Of a DNA stretch of 64,000 nt, positions 12,183 through 24,628 are shown piece after piece. Below the pieces are notes generated by a model. It was given only the letters and a program-made list of their open reading frames with translations, made no database searches and was not told the DNA's origin. Each line of letters begins with the position of its first letter. Positions within the stretch are counted from its first letter, which is position 1. This stretch comes from Chiloscyllium plagiosum (Eukaryota), in NCBI RefSeq assembly GCF_004010195.1, contig NC_057711.1, positions 76,840,685 to 76,904,684 on the forward strand. The letters are read 5' to 3'. Both the position numbers and the translations under genes were made by a program.

Positions 12183-13099
12183 ACTCAGTCTCAGCTGTTT
12201 GCAAAAGTGTGTGTTGCAAATAGCTGCACTATTTGTGTACTTTAAACGTCAATTCCTTTCATCAGTGATGTTCAGTAAATAAAATCATAGAGATTAATTT
12301 CAGCATGTTATCTTTAATGCAGAATGACTCCAATAATTTATGCATACTATGACAGCAACTACTAAACTTTAAAGACCAGTATCAATATATTTCGTAAATT
12401 ATAAAGAGGCGTGGGTGTCATTCCTTTTTGTAATTCCTTGTTTCAGAAACCCTACTTAATAGTTAGCCAACAGAGTTTGAAATTTTCTGACAACATAAAT
12501 GGTGTTACTCAATTCACTTCCTCATATATTAAGAAATTAATAAGTTGTTGTAGTTCAAAAATGTATTATTCTTTTTCTCTGTACACACTGGTTCCAGCAA
12601 GCTCAGGAAAGCAACCAATAATGAGCCTTCAATGTTGCCTATTTCTTCAACCATACAAACCTCGATACAGTCGTACAACCATAGATTGTATAACAGTACA
12701 ATTTGTGTTCCTGTGGTCTTTTGAAGAAAGTTTGGTAAGCACTGCTGCAGATAATGCACATTGCAGCTGTAGTGCTTCGACTGGGGACAGAAGCACAGTT
12801 AGTCCAGGGATTTCCTTGTTTGTTGGCTGTGTAAATAAGGAAGAAGGTTTTATCTGCAGAGTACACTTTTTGAAATTAGCCTGCAATTTTATTGCCTGTA
12901 TGTACAATAACAATGTGTCTCAAGAGTGATTAAACTGAAGTTATTTTTAAAAAGAAGCTAATTTCTTAATTTTACTTTAATGCGAGGAAATTAAAGTTCC
13001 AAAATTGTGAGAACCAATTCAGTTGATTTCACCAACTTTTAACATGTGCTGCTAAGTTTGGGTTCTCTCTACCTTCTCATCAGCAGGTATAAAAGATTC

Positions 13100-13320
13100 C
13101 TTGGCAATATCTCAAAGATATGCAGAATGCTGTGGCCAACATTAGTTGTGTTATCAGTGTCACTCAAGCAGTCTGGTTATTATCAATTTAACAGAAGGGC
13201 ATTGGTGTGTGCAAAATAGCTGCTGACCTTTCAATTTTAGAACTGTGACTACACTTCAAAAAAGTTTTGTTATCTGTAATCCACTCTGGGATATCCTGAG
13301 GTCATAAAACACAAATTGTA
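13100..13320 (+). mobile_element. Deu-domain SINE (SacSINE1/AmnSINE-like) 3' part
   Basis: gtgtgcaaaatagctgctg...gtgactacacttcaaaa...ctgtaatccactctgggatatcctgaggtcataaaa resembles the recalled DeuSINE core and tail. Confidence 0.6.
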
Positions 13321-14269
13321 GTTTTTTTTTGCTCGAAGGCATTAAACATTGAGGGCTCAGGCGCAGCGCTTACAACACTAATATTGTTCTGCTCTCAGTT
13401 TAAGGATGTTCAACTCTGTTTTTATTCTTTTATAAACTATATTCTCCAGTTCAGTGACTACTACAGCTGGGTGCTCATTATTAAACAAAACAGAGTAGGA
13501 AGTTTTCACAATATCTGCCCTCGATGGTGGAATAATAGTTTTTACTGCTGCATTCAAGAAAGCAAGTGACTATTTCAACATAGAGCCTGGTCTCAAAATT
13601 TCACTTTGAGTTACATCATATTTCAGACTAATAATGTTAAACTCTGGAGGAGCCACCAGTGTAAATCCACAGGAAAACTGAAGCAATTTGCTGGAGCACT
13701 TCAAATGAAATTCTGCTTGTTTGGGCAAAAGTGGGTGGTGGGTGTGCTGGCAGGGCAACAAGTAATGCAGAGTGCTTGTCCCATTTACTTCATTGTCAGA
13801 ATGCCACACTTAACCAGAGTAGGTAGAAGCCCATTACACTCCGTATAAAAAGGAACACAAAATTTAAAGTCAAACCTACTAATTCCCCTCAATGAAAAAG
13901 AACAACAGTCAAAGTGTTGATGTTTCAAGGAGCGAAGACATCCAGAAGTGTGGCTAAACCAACTCCCTGATTCCCAGAATTTCAGCATAGTATTGGTTAC
14001 AGGAAAAACGCCATTCAACCCATTGTGGCTCTGACAGACCACCATTCGAAAAATGCTACCCAAAGTTTTTGATAGCCATGCGTGATAGTTTATCTTGATA
14101 CAGAGTAGCAGAAGATTGTATGTAATCAGGTTCAGTTTTAGACAGCAAGCATAATCAGTGGTGAGAGAATGGAATGCAAGTTAAGGGCACATGATGCCTT
14201 TGGTCATTTATTTGCATGGTTGGAAGAACTGCATTCATTCAAAACCAGATATCACAGTAAGCAGTCTGA

Positions 14270-14505
14270 TACCAAAAACAAAGTTTCCTGGAGAAACTCA
14301 GTAGGTCTGGCAGCATCCGTGCAGAGAGAAATACAGTTAATATTTCAAATTTGATATTATTTTTCAGAACTCAAAATGGAAGTGCTAAGGAAAAGTCATA
14401 TCGGACTCAAAATATTAACTGTTTCTCTCTCCACACATGCTGATGAGTTTCTCCAGCACTATCTGCTTTTATTTCACATTTCCTGCATCTGCGGTATGTT
14501 GCTTT
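14270..14505. mobile_element. Old Penelope-derived fold-back (MITE-like) element
   Basis: ctggagaaactcag...gagagaaatacagttaatatt and aatattaactgtttctctctc...tgagtttctccag form imperfect inverted arms; ends catctgcggtatgttgcttt. Confidence 0.6.
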
Positions 14506-15060
14506 AAGTCTGATACTATACTGTGGTTGGTAGAGGTACTGGATAGACATTTTAGTAAAGGCCATTTGGAAAGTAGCTGGTACCAATTTGGCAGCTTATT
14601 TCGACAGGAAATATGAGTGCAATGCTTCCTGATCTAAAATTTCCCTGGATAAGCACTGATTAATTCATAACATCATACAGTACAGAAGAGATCCTTCAGC
14701 CCTTTGAGTCTGTACTGACAAAATCTATTCTAAATCTACACTGGTCCTGCTTTCCAGCACTTGGTCCATTGCCTTGAATGTTAAGAATTTCAAGTGTTCG
14801 TTCTAGTACTTTTTAAAGGTTGTGACATCTCTTTTCTTGAATACCCCCCCAAAAAGTACATTCCCACCACCTCAAAACCCTCTAAACCTCCTGCCTTTCA
14901 CCTTTAATCCTTATTATTGACCCTTGTAATCCCCCATCTAAGTCCCTAATATTCTTGTACACCTCAGCTTTAATTCCGTATCAGCTTTCTAAAGAAAGCA
15001 ATCCAAACTTATCCAGACTCTCTTCATAGCTGAACTGCTCCATTTATCCCAGGCAACTTT

Positions 15061-15376
15061 TAGATTAGATTAGATTACTTACAGTGTGGAAACAGGCCCT
15101 TCGGCCCAACAAGTCCACACCGACCCGCCGAAGCGTAACCCACCCATACCCCTACATTTACCCCTTTACCTAACACTACGGGCAATTTAGCATGGCCAAT
15201 TCACCTGACTTGCACATCTTTGGACTGTGGGAGGAAACCGGAGCCCCGGAGGAAACCCACACAGACACGGGGAGAACGTGCAAACTCCACACAGTCAGTC
15301 GCCTGAGTCGGGAATTGAACCCGGGTCTCTGGCGCTGCGAGGCAGCAGTGCTAACCACTGTGCCACCGTGCCGCCC
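15061..15376 (-). mobile_element. V-SINE (HE1-type) tRNA-derived SINE, young and full length
   Basis: A box TGGCACAGTGG, B box GGTTCAATTCC, V domain tgtgtggagtttgcacgttctccccgtgtc, CR1-type tail gggccgaagggcctgtttccacactgt and (TAATC)n. Confidence 0.92.
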
Positions 15377-15384
15377 ACAAACTT

Positions 15385-15705
15385 CTCTTTATTCATTCAT
15401 GAGATGAGGGCATCACTGGCTAGATAACATTTATTTCCCATCTCTAATTGCCTAGAGGTCAGTTAAGTGTCAAAGACAGATAAAGATGGCAGTTTCCTAC
15501 CCTCAAGGTCATTAGTGAACCACACGGGTTTGCAACAATCGACAATGGATTCATGGTCATTATTAGACTCTTAATTTCAGATCTTTTAAAATTGAGTTCA
15601 AATTCCACCATCTGCCATAGCTGTATTCGAAACCAGGTCTCCAGAACATTAGCTGGGTCTCTAGATTAACAATCCATCGATAATGGCCACTAGGCCATCA
15701 CCTTC
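15385..15705 (-). mobile_element. tRNA-derived SINE, second family
   Basis: Minus-strand head ggtgatggcctagtgg..gttctggagacctggtttcgaatac; related copies at 41670-42005, 45405-45775 and 53740-53895. Confidence 0.75.
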
Positions 15706-16999
15706 CCCACATTCTGTGAATCTCTTCTGCACCCCCTCTAGTGCAATCGTGTTTTTCCTACAGATTGGTGAGCAGAACTGCACACAGCAGTCTAGCTGTG
15801 GCCGAGACAAATGGGCAAGATAAATAAGATTTACACAATAAACTCATTAACAAATTGATTGCTTCCCTAAAAAATATGGAGCAGAGAGAAATCCAATGGG
15901 TTTATGCTTACTGACCTTTAAGCACTGTATATGTACTTAGAATTGTATTAAACAGTGACATCTTGTGGTAAACATTACAAAATGTATTGTTTCGGGATGA
16001 GAACTAATTCTCAGATTTTGCAGCAGGGTGAAGCAGCATTTTGAAGGAAGCTGCCCACAGTTATGTGGCATGGTTTTACCCTTTCCTGACTGCAGTTTAG
16101 GTTAGGTACAAAGTCAAGGAATTTTCTAGCATGCAATAGCAGTGTTTTCAGCGAACAGATAGGCAGACAATTCCGTTGAAATAAACAAATTTAAAAGGAT
16201 TTAGTGAAAGTAGTGTTTCGAATATCAATAATACTTCAGAAAAGCAACACATTCTCAACCTGAAGGTTGAATTACAGTGTACGTTACACCTTATAATTTA
16301 TATATAAAAAAAAGTGTAATCTAGAGAAAAACTTTGTGGCTGAATACTCAGTTCCTCTTGTCTAGGTTCATACAATGTTCTAAATACTTGGGTAAACGTT
16401 AATTGCTAAGATGATAAAGTAACCCGGGCAGTCTTTTCTTAGCCACAGGATTAACTTGATGGGTCAATACCTCCTAAGTGTCTAGAACTGAATCTGAGCT
16501 GGAGCTCTGGCTCATGGAGTAGCGCTGCCTCCTGCCTGAGTCCCTTTTTAAAGTAGTTCCTCCACCTTTGAATTTCTAAATGACAATCACTTTAGATTGG
16601 ATAACCTCGCAGTCCAGTCTCTTCAGGAAGTGGCCTGGGACCATTCAGGAATTAGGTGATCTTGTGCAGTTTGGTTCAGAACACAGGAATTCTCCTCATA
16701 TTGCCCTAATGATCTACTGTCAATCACTAATAAAAATCCTGCTCTGTTAATTGAAATTTTGCTGAAACTAAATCAATGCTTATGATCAAATTACGCAGAA
16801 GCTAAAGAGCAACTAACATTTAAAATACATTTTTAAAATTTGGATTATGTATTATGTAGAAATTTAATATTCCATAAGTACACAATTGACTTTTCAAAGC
16901 CATTGTGTGTATAGCAGTAAATGAAATTAGTACACCATAAAAATCTAGATACACCTCATTTAACAAAGATTGAGCAAGTTAGACAGCAACTATGGAGAC

Positions 17000-17760
17000 A
17001 AAAGGCTTTGTTTTATCATAACTGAGGAAAGATAGAACTGTAACAGGTTTTGAGCAAGTGAAAGAGGGAGGGTGAAGGAAGATCAAAGTGTGTAATGTGA
17101 TGATGGTATGGGACAGAATATGACAAAAAATATTGATGTTAAAAAAGCCACAGGAATAGCTATAGAATTCTTCTATTTTTAAAAATGTCTAGAAAATGTG
17201 AATGGTTATAAGTGGCTATCTGAACTCAGCGAAAAGAAAACAAGAACACCAGTAGAAAAAACTCTAAATTTAATGGAGTCATAGGTAATGATCTAAAATT
17301 GTTGAAGTCAATGTTGAGCCAAGTAGGCCCAGAAGCCCAGTCAAAAATGAGGTACCATTTCTCCAGCTTACCTTGAACTTCATTTGAACATTGCAACAGG
17401 CAAAGGATGGAAAGCTGGGGCGTTGGAAGGACAAGGGACAGAACGTCACTCATGCAGACTGAGTGTGAGCTTGGTCTCCCCTGTATAAAGGAGATCACAC
17501 CACAAAAGTAGTGAATACTTAACACTAAATTAAAAGAAGTATTCAGCCATTCACACATCATCTGTACACTGCTTTTGCTTTTTACTTCACCTGGTAAAAC
17601 TCTTTGACATGGAACCCTTGCCACTTAATCTCTGTTCCCATTCACTCAGTCACAGAACTGCCCATTTGTTTCTACTCACTAATCCTTCTTTTACTTGCTC
17701 ACTGACAGTTTTTTTTCTTTTGTCCATTCTGATGAAGCTTATTGCCCTGAACCATTGGGC
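17000..17760. mobile_element. Old Penelope-like fragment with degenerate GIY-YIG tail and hammerhead remnant
   Basis: Minus ORF LSILCLLQCSNEVQGKLEKWYLIF..LNIDFNNF; ttCTGATGAagcttattgccctGAAcc at about 17727-17755. Confidence 0.55.
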
Positions 17761-20175
17761 TGCATTCAGCATGGGGGCAGATGTCCAGCCCAATACCTTC
17801 CCAGATACCCCAGGGCCATCCCCACAATATGGAGGACGGACGGGTGCCGAAGTCATCAGCCCACCCATCATGTGGAAATAAATAATTTAGGCTCAATTGA
17901 ACCTAAAGAGTACGACTCCAGAGAGGTGTAGAATCACCAAGAGCAACTTCTAGATTTCTATCTGAATCTGAATACGTGCAGACTCCTGGAGTTGCAGTTA
18001 ACTTCAGTGAATAATTACAGTGAACACAAAGAATTTCACCACCATAACTATCATAAACTCCAAGCCATTAGTTATGTTTAAGATCAAAAACCATCACTCT
18101 TACTAAATGTGTTGAAAAATTTGACCATTTACTGCCATCAATTTTACTTCTGTCCAAATGTGAATTTTAAGGAGTTGCTGAAAAAAAGCAGAACATTTAA
18201 ATATTATAATTTTTTGCCAAGTGGCCTTTCTATTCTGCTTGCATTGTCTGTGCTAACAGTCACAAGGTGAGTAACGGAGACTAGTGTCTTTTCTAAAATC
18301 ATAACATAGTTTCTCTCTACCAAACTTTATTAACATCTGTTGTATCAATGGAAACAGAAAATACAAATAAGAAATACAACTGCTTCAGTTGCCAAAATCC
18401 CAAGGTGCCCTTGCTCCTCTGGACCTGAATCAGTAAATGTGACATTTTGTATAAATGTTTATCCTATTGGAAGCTACGGCAGCCATGTACCCTGTTTCCT
18501 GGCCCATGTCCACTGCCTGTATTGCCTCACACTACTGAAAGGGCCTTCACAAAATCAAGAAATTTGGGCTATTCCTACAGTATAACTTTGCTCTGGTTTC
18601 ATAAGACTAAGTGGTATAGTCTCCAATACTAAGTCTGGAGATTTCTTGATATAATTGCAAGACAAGTAGTGAGGCAATGTGCCTGAAAAAACATTGACCT
18701 TGCTTTCCCTTTAGCAAGTCTCATGAAACATGGTTCTGTACGGAAATCATAAAGAACTACTGTGAACCATGTCATTATACTGTTTTGACAGTTACAAAGC
18801 CACAGTTTGAATTTTCAGGAAGTTGTAGCACTTACTTGGAGTTATTGATAAATTCTCACAGCAGTTTTTGTTTCTGCTACTCCACCAGTCCTCAATTATT
18901 GACCAATTTCATATTATTTCTGTGGCCTTAAGCTGCAAATAAATATTTTGGCACTGCACTAGAAGTAGAAAATTCAACACTGAATGCACAAAGGAAATTT
19001 TGTTTTCCCTAAGTTTGCATTAAGATTTACTTCTAATGAAAAATGGAAAAACGTTATTGTTGTTTGAAAAAAGTTGCAGAAATGTTACACTTACATTTGA
19101 AATTACATTCCTAGGAATTTAAAATGTTACTGAAAATATGTTAGCCAACTATTGTAGAAGAATGAGCTAATGAGAAACTTAGTATAAAAATGGTGACATT
19201 TAATGCAACTCCAAAATGTGCAATATTTCTGGACAATGACTCAACAAATACTGAGAAAGCTTCTTAAGAAACTTGCCGGCAGAATGGAATTTTCCAGTGA
19301 TGTCAAAAGGCAACACGTGTTCCATCCTCAGATGTTGGCTTTCTCATCTATCCCTCTTACTTCAAATCCATTTGCTTACTTCATAACGATTTTAATTGCA
19401 TTCAACCCTTAACTTTTCTTTTAGAAATAAGTATGAATGAGGACAGGTGCCTTAACCCTATATATGACTTTTGCTTTCATGGGTTATAGAAATAGCTATA
19501 TCTCTCTCTCTCACAGTTGTTAAGAAAATACCACTGACCTTTCCCAACTGTCATCAAGGCATGTCAGATAATTGTTTGGCTTCAAAATACAACCTCCTTA
19601 GTTTTCAATAAAAAAGAACATATTGAACAAAACATGACAGCATTTTATTTTGCTCTTCCTAAGATTAATTTGCTTTACAAAATGTATGGGACATAAAACA
19701 AAGCTATAGCAGATAAATGAGGTAGCAGTTTGTTCTCATTAGCACAAGAACAGCCTATTTTTAGATGAAGTCAATAGAAGTTTATTGTGATAAAGGTTAT
19801 AGAAATAACTGTGCAGAAGGTTCAACAAACTCAGCTCATGAAGTCATTGCCCTGTAAAATTGTTAAGTTTCAGACAAGATTTTTTGAGAGTCTGAAGTCA
19901 TTACATGAAAGTTTTAAAAAGTAAAACAGCACAATTAATAAAGTTATTCTGTGACACGAAATCAACTAATTTTTAATTTCGCCTTAAGCGTTATTTAGGA
20001 TTTTGGAATTTTAGTAACTGAAAAAAATGATGGATAAAAAGAATTAGAAAAGTGTTGAACGGATTGTGGAAATTGATGCATTGTTACATTGCTCCAGGAG
20101 GATTTCGAAACCAGACATTCATGTGTAATTATATATAGGTCCTGGAACACTACTTTAGTCACTACCAATATACAG

Positions 20176-20911
20176 GAAAAAGTGAGGACTGCAGATATTG
20201 GAGATGAGAGTCAAAAGGTGTGGTGCTGGAAAAGCACAGGAGGTCAGGCAGCATTTGAGAAGCAAGAAAATTGACGTTTCGAGCATACACTCTTCATCAG
20301 GAATGTGGAGGGGTGGGGGGGAGGTAGCTTGGAATGTAATAGATAGATGAAGGTGGGGGTGATGCTGATAGGTAAGAGTGGAGGGTGGGGCTGATGGGTG
20401 GGAAGGAAGATGGACAGGTAGGTGGACATGCAAGTCCTGGGCCTCCTTCACTGCCAAGTCCTAGCCACCTGATGCCTGGAGGAAGAACACCTCATCTTTT
20501 GCCTTGGGACCCTCCAACCACACAGAATCAATGTTGATTTCACCAGTTTCCTCATTGTCACTCTCCCCACCTTATCCCAGATCCAACCCTCCAACTCGGC
20601 ACTGCCCTCTTGAACTGTCCCCACCTGTCCATCTTCCTTCCCAATCATCTGTTCGGCCTATCACCATCACCTCGCCTGCACCCCCCCGCCCCCCTTCCCC
20701 CCCACCTTCATCTACCTAACATCTTCCTAGCTACCTTCTCCCAGCCCCACCTACACCCTCCATTTATCTCTCAGTCCCCTTGGGCCCCCACTCCCCAATA
20801 AATACACACACACACACACGTTCCTGATGAAGAGCTTATGCTTAAACGTCAACTTTCCTGCTCATCGAATGCTGCCTGACTTGCTGTGCTTTTCCAGCAC
20901 CACACTATTTG
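20176..20911. mobile_element. Penelope-like element with inverted pLTRs, 15-bp TSD (1 mismatch) and two hammerhead motifs
   Basis: TSD ACTAC(C/A)AATATACAG at 20161-20175 and 20912-20926; hammerhead motifs at ~20271-20303 (-) and ~20820-20853 (+, lacking the G of GAAA); plus-strand GIY-YIG tail at 20427-20550. Confidence 0.88.
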
Positions 20912-21682
20912 ACTACAAATATACAGTCAGGTAAGTGAGCAAACATGTATCAAACTGCTGTACACAGTGAGATCTGAGAAATGGATTTGAGGAAGCTCCA
21001 ATACTTAGAATTTAAAAGAGTCATTATTTTGAAGTTCAGGGAACAAAACATAACAATGGTGTTTGATTCTGTGAATTGAACACTCCCTGCTGTGTACTGG
21101 CTAGTTGATCCTCGCAAGTTGCTGCCACCAGCTAAATGAAGCTAAAATACATGGTTAAAATGGACAATTGCTTCCTAAGTTATTTAACTGATTTAGCAGT
21201 TCCACAGGGGTTTTCCACTCCCCCAGCATACTGATTATGGGATGATGACAGGATTCCAACCCAATGTAAAGTGTTTGATGAGTCATTACAGTATTGAGTA
21301 ACAGGATAGGCTGGATGGGCTGAATTGCCAACTCCTGGTCACATGTTCATATTATTTTTAGGAGATATAACTCCTCCCATATGCTCAAACATATGTAAAA
21401 AAAAAAGTCCCCATGTGTCTCCACAAACTTAAAAAATATTTTTGAAAGCAGACTTTTAGCTGGACTTTTAAAATAATTCCATTGATGCTTTAGACTTGTT
21501 TTTTGTACAATATGATGGAATATTAATCTGCTCTGTTAAATATGCTGATGTGGAGGTTTAGAAGTGTTACCAGTTTTCCACTGCAGAGATCGTAAAGTAT
21601 GGAAGTTTATTTTATTATTAAAATAATTTGGGTGCAGTAAAGATCACAGAGAAAATGACTCTAGCAAGTAGAAGTGTCTTAG

Positions 21683-22590
21683 AATCACAAAATTTTACGA
21701 TACAGAAGGAGGCTATTTCACCTTGTATCTGTACCGGATCCTGAAAGAACTGCCCCACTAATCTCATTTTCCACCCGACCCCTGCAGTTCTCTAAATTCA
21801 ACACATTCAAATATATATCCAACTCTTTATTGAAACCAACAGAATATGCCTCCATCACTTTCCTTGGCAGTCAATCCTAATCCTAACAACGCTTTGAGTA
21901 AAGAAGTTTCTATTCATCTCACTCCTTGCTCTCTTTCTGACAAACTTGAAATTGTGACTGATATATCAGCTAGTGGCAACATAATATCCTCCTTTACTCT
22001 GTCAAAAATATTGTTGATTTTGAACACCTTAAATAAGGTAATCTCCTAATCTTCTCTGCTCGAAGGAGAATAAGCACAATTTCTCTAATTGTTCCTTTAT
22101 TCTAAAATCCCTTATTCCTGGTATCATGCTCACAAATCTCATTTGAATCTTCTCCAAGGTTCTCTAAATAAGGTGACTAGAACTGAATACAATACTCCAA
22201 ATGTGGTCTGACCAATGATTTGCTGAGATGTAGCATCACTTCGTAACTTTTATACCGTATGCCTATATTTATAAACCCAAGGATCTTTAAGCTTTCTTAA
22301 CAACTGCGTCAACCCATCTGGCCACCCTCAGAGAATCATGCACTTGAACTTCAAGATGTCTCTGCACCTGTACTCCCTTCAAAGCTTTACTATTGAGTTT
22401 ATCTTCTACCAAAATACACTACCTCACATTTCTCTGCATAGAAATTCATCTATCAAGCAACTGCCTATTTGGCCAACTTCTCAATGTCCCTCTGAGGTTA
22501 CTCAGTATCATCCTCGTAATTCACTATTCTCCCTAGCTTAGTATTACCTACAAATTTAGAGATTTTCCACTCAACACCCAATTTCAAACT
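21683..22590 (-). mobile_element. Old CR1 3' fragment
   Basis: CR1 tail agaatcacaaaatttt..; remnants of RT motifs (RPHLEYCIQF.S) on the reverse strand. Confidence 0.7.
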
Positions 22591-23092
22591 GCCTTTTCTC
22601 TAATTTTCTTCAATTCATTCACAAATGTATGTTTGTGTCATTGATGTCCTAGCATTCACTGCCCAACTCTAATTGCCCTGCAGAATTTGGGATGAGTTGT
22701 CATTTTGAATCACTGCAGGATTTGGGGGTGAGCTGTCATTTTGAACCACTGCAGTCCATGTGGTGTAGATACACTAACAGCAACATTGTTCCCCACCATG
22801 AAGCCACATGAACCATAGAGGTCCACACACTGAACAAGCATAGAAAGAATCTTGATCTACAGTGTTGTTAGGAAGTTTTAGGATTTTGACCAAGTGACAG
22901 TGACGTAAGAGTGATTATTGTTGCAAATCAGAATTTGGAAGCTTGGAAGGGTCTAACAGGTGACTGTGTTCCCATGATCTGCTGCCTTTGACCTTCTCGA
23001 TGATAGTGGTCATGTGTTTGGAAGGTGATGTCTCAAGAGCCTTGCTGAATTGTTGCAGTGCAAACTGTGTATGTACACACTGCTGCCATTCC

Positions 23093-23220
23093 GGAAAAAC
23101 TGAGGACTGCAGATGCTGGAGATCAGAGTCAAAAGTGTGGCATTGGAAAAGCACAGCAGGTCAGGCAGCATCCGAGGAGCAGGAGAATCGATGTTTCGGG
23201 CATAAGTTCTTCATTAGGAA
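23093..23220 (-). mobile_element. Solo Penelope pLTR with mutated hammerhead
   Basis: gaaaaactgaggactgcagatgctggagatcagagtc...tttcgggcataagttcttcattagg. Confidence 0.8.
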
Positions 23221-23297
23221 TGTGCACTATATATCAGTGGTAGAGGGAGTAAGGGTTAAAGGCATTAGATGGAGTACCAATCAAGTGGATTACTTTG

Positions 23298-23923
23298 GGT
23301 TATGGACTAGGCCAGACCCCCTCAAAACATTTCAAGTAAGTAGTCCAGAACTAACTTTGTTAGATGTTTTAAGCAGGTGTAACGCAGATATTCGAATGAT
23401 GCAGCTGGTCAAACAACTTAGTTTTAAACAAACTAGAATTTATTTATAAGATTACCAAGTTAAACACAAACAGAAGAGAACATAATACCAAAACCCAACA
23501 GACTATCCCCACTTAGTGATGCTGTTCCCAACACTTGCAACAATCCCCGTGAGCACCCCTTGGCACAAAAGATAAAATCAAACACAGGATCTTACAGGAG
23601 AGAAGCCAGAGAGAGGATCAGCACGGACCTGCTTCTTTGGGTCCAGCATCTTCAAACTGCCTGACTGCTTTCAGAGGAAAGCTAGACTGCCAAAATCAAG
23701 TCAAACCAGAGAAAAGCTGAGCTAGAAGAACTAGCCACTCTCCTTTCATTGTACGTGTTCTTTTTTAAACGTGAAAGCCTTTGCCTGAGGCAATATCTGT
23801 TAGTTATAATCAAATTGATCCTAAAACCTATCCAAACCCAGATTTTTCAGAACTTGTGTTTTTACCACCTCCTGAATAAAAAACTAAGGACAAATAACCT
23901 TGTTAAAGGAACAGCATCACCAC
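23298..23923 (-). mobile_element. Probable solo LTR inserted in the LINE
   Basis: ~625 bp with ends (T>G)GTTATG...CATCACCAC, flanked by CTTTG on both sides (23293-23297, 23924-23928); LINE sequence continues across the insert. Confidence 0.55.
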
Positions 23924-24511
23924 CTTTGTTTTAAAAGGTGTGCAGCTTCTTGCATATTGTTGAAGCTGATTCATTCAGGCAACTCAAGAGTATTCTAAAA
24001 CACTTCTGATTTGTGTCTTGAAGTTGGTGGATAGGCATTGAAGAGTTTGGGAGCAAATTACTCAGAATCAAATCCCTACACTTTGATCTGGTCTCTACTG
24101 ATCTGGTAATTACTGTATTTATAGAATTGATTTTGTCCAGTTTCTGGCCAATGGTAATACCCAGATATTGTTAATGGGGGATTTAGCAATTGTCATTGAA
24201 TGTCAAAGTGCCATGTTTGGATTCTCTTTTGATGAGGAAAGTTATAACCTAACACATACGGCACAAATGTTATTTGCCACTTACCAATTCACGACTGAAT
24301 GTTTTATAGGTCTTGCTACATTTGGACACAGATTACTTCAGTATCTGACTCATTGTGAGTAGTGCTGAACATTTTGCAATCATCAACAATGATCTTTACT
24401 TTGGACTTTATGATGGAGAGAACATTATTAATGGAGAGGTTGGGTCCAGGGCACTACCCAGAGGAACTCCTGCAGTGAAATCCTTCTGCTGTGATGTTTG
24501 ACCTTTGGCAA

Positions 24512-24628
24512 CGTATGCCCAAAACGTCAATTTTCCTGCTCCTTGCATGCTGCCTGGCCTGCTGTGCTTTCCCAGCGACACCCTCTCAACTCTGATCTCC
24601 AGCATCAGCAGTCCTCACTTTCTCCTAA
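24512..24628 (+). mobile_element. Solo Penelope pLTR 3' fragment
   Basis: tatgcccaaaacgtcaattttcctgctcc...cagtcctcactttctcct. Confidence 0.8.

Larger units (their letters stand above)
14670..15810 (-). mobile_element. Old CR1 3' fragment interrupted by two SINEs
   Basis: CR1 3' tail at 14670-14720; RT-like sequence resumes at 15710-15810. Confidence 0.6.

Noticed and set aside
12647-12913. Protein-like minus-strand ORF (IKPSSLFTQPTNKEIPGLTVLLSPVEALQLQ...) and the overlapping 172-aa plus ORF
   Set aside because: It lies 17 kb beyond the PRUNE2 stop, has only a weak donor, no recognisable domain and no partner exons, so it cannot be supported as coding.
15300-15376. tRNA-like A/B boxes
   Set aside because: They are SINE heads followed by a V domain and LINE tail, with no complete cloverleaf, so not tRNA genes.
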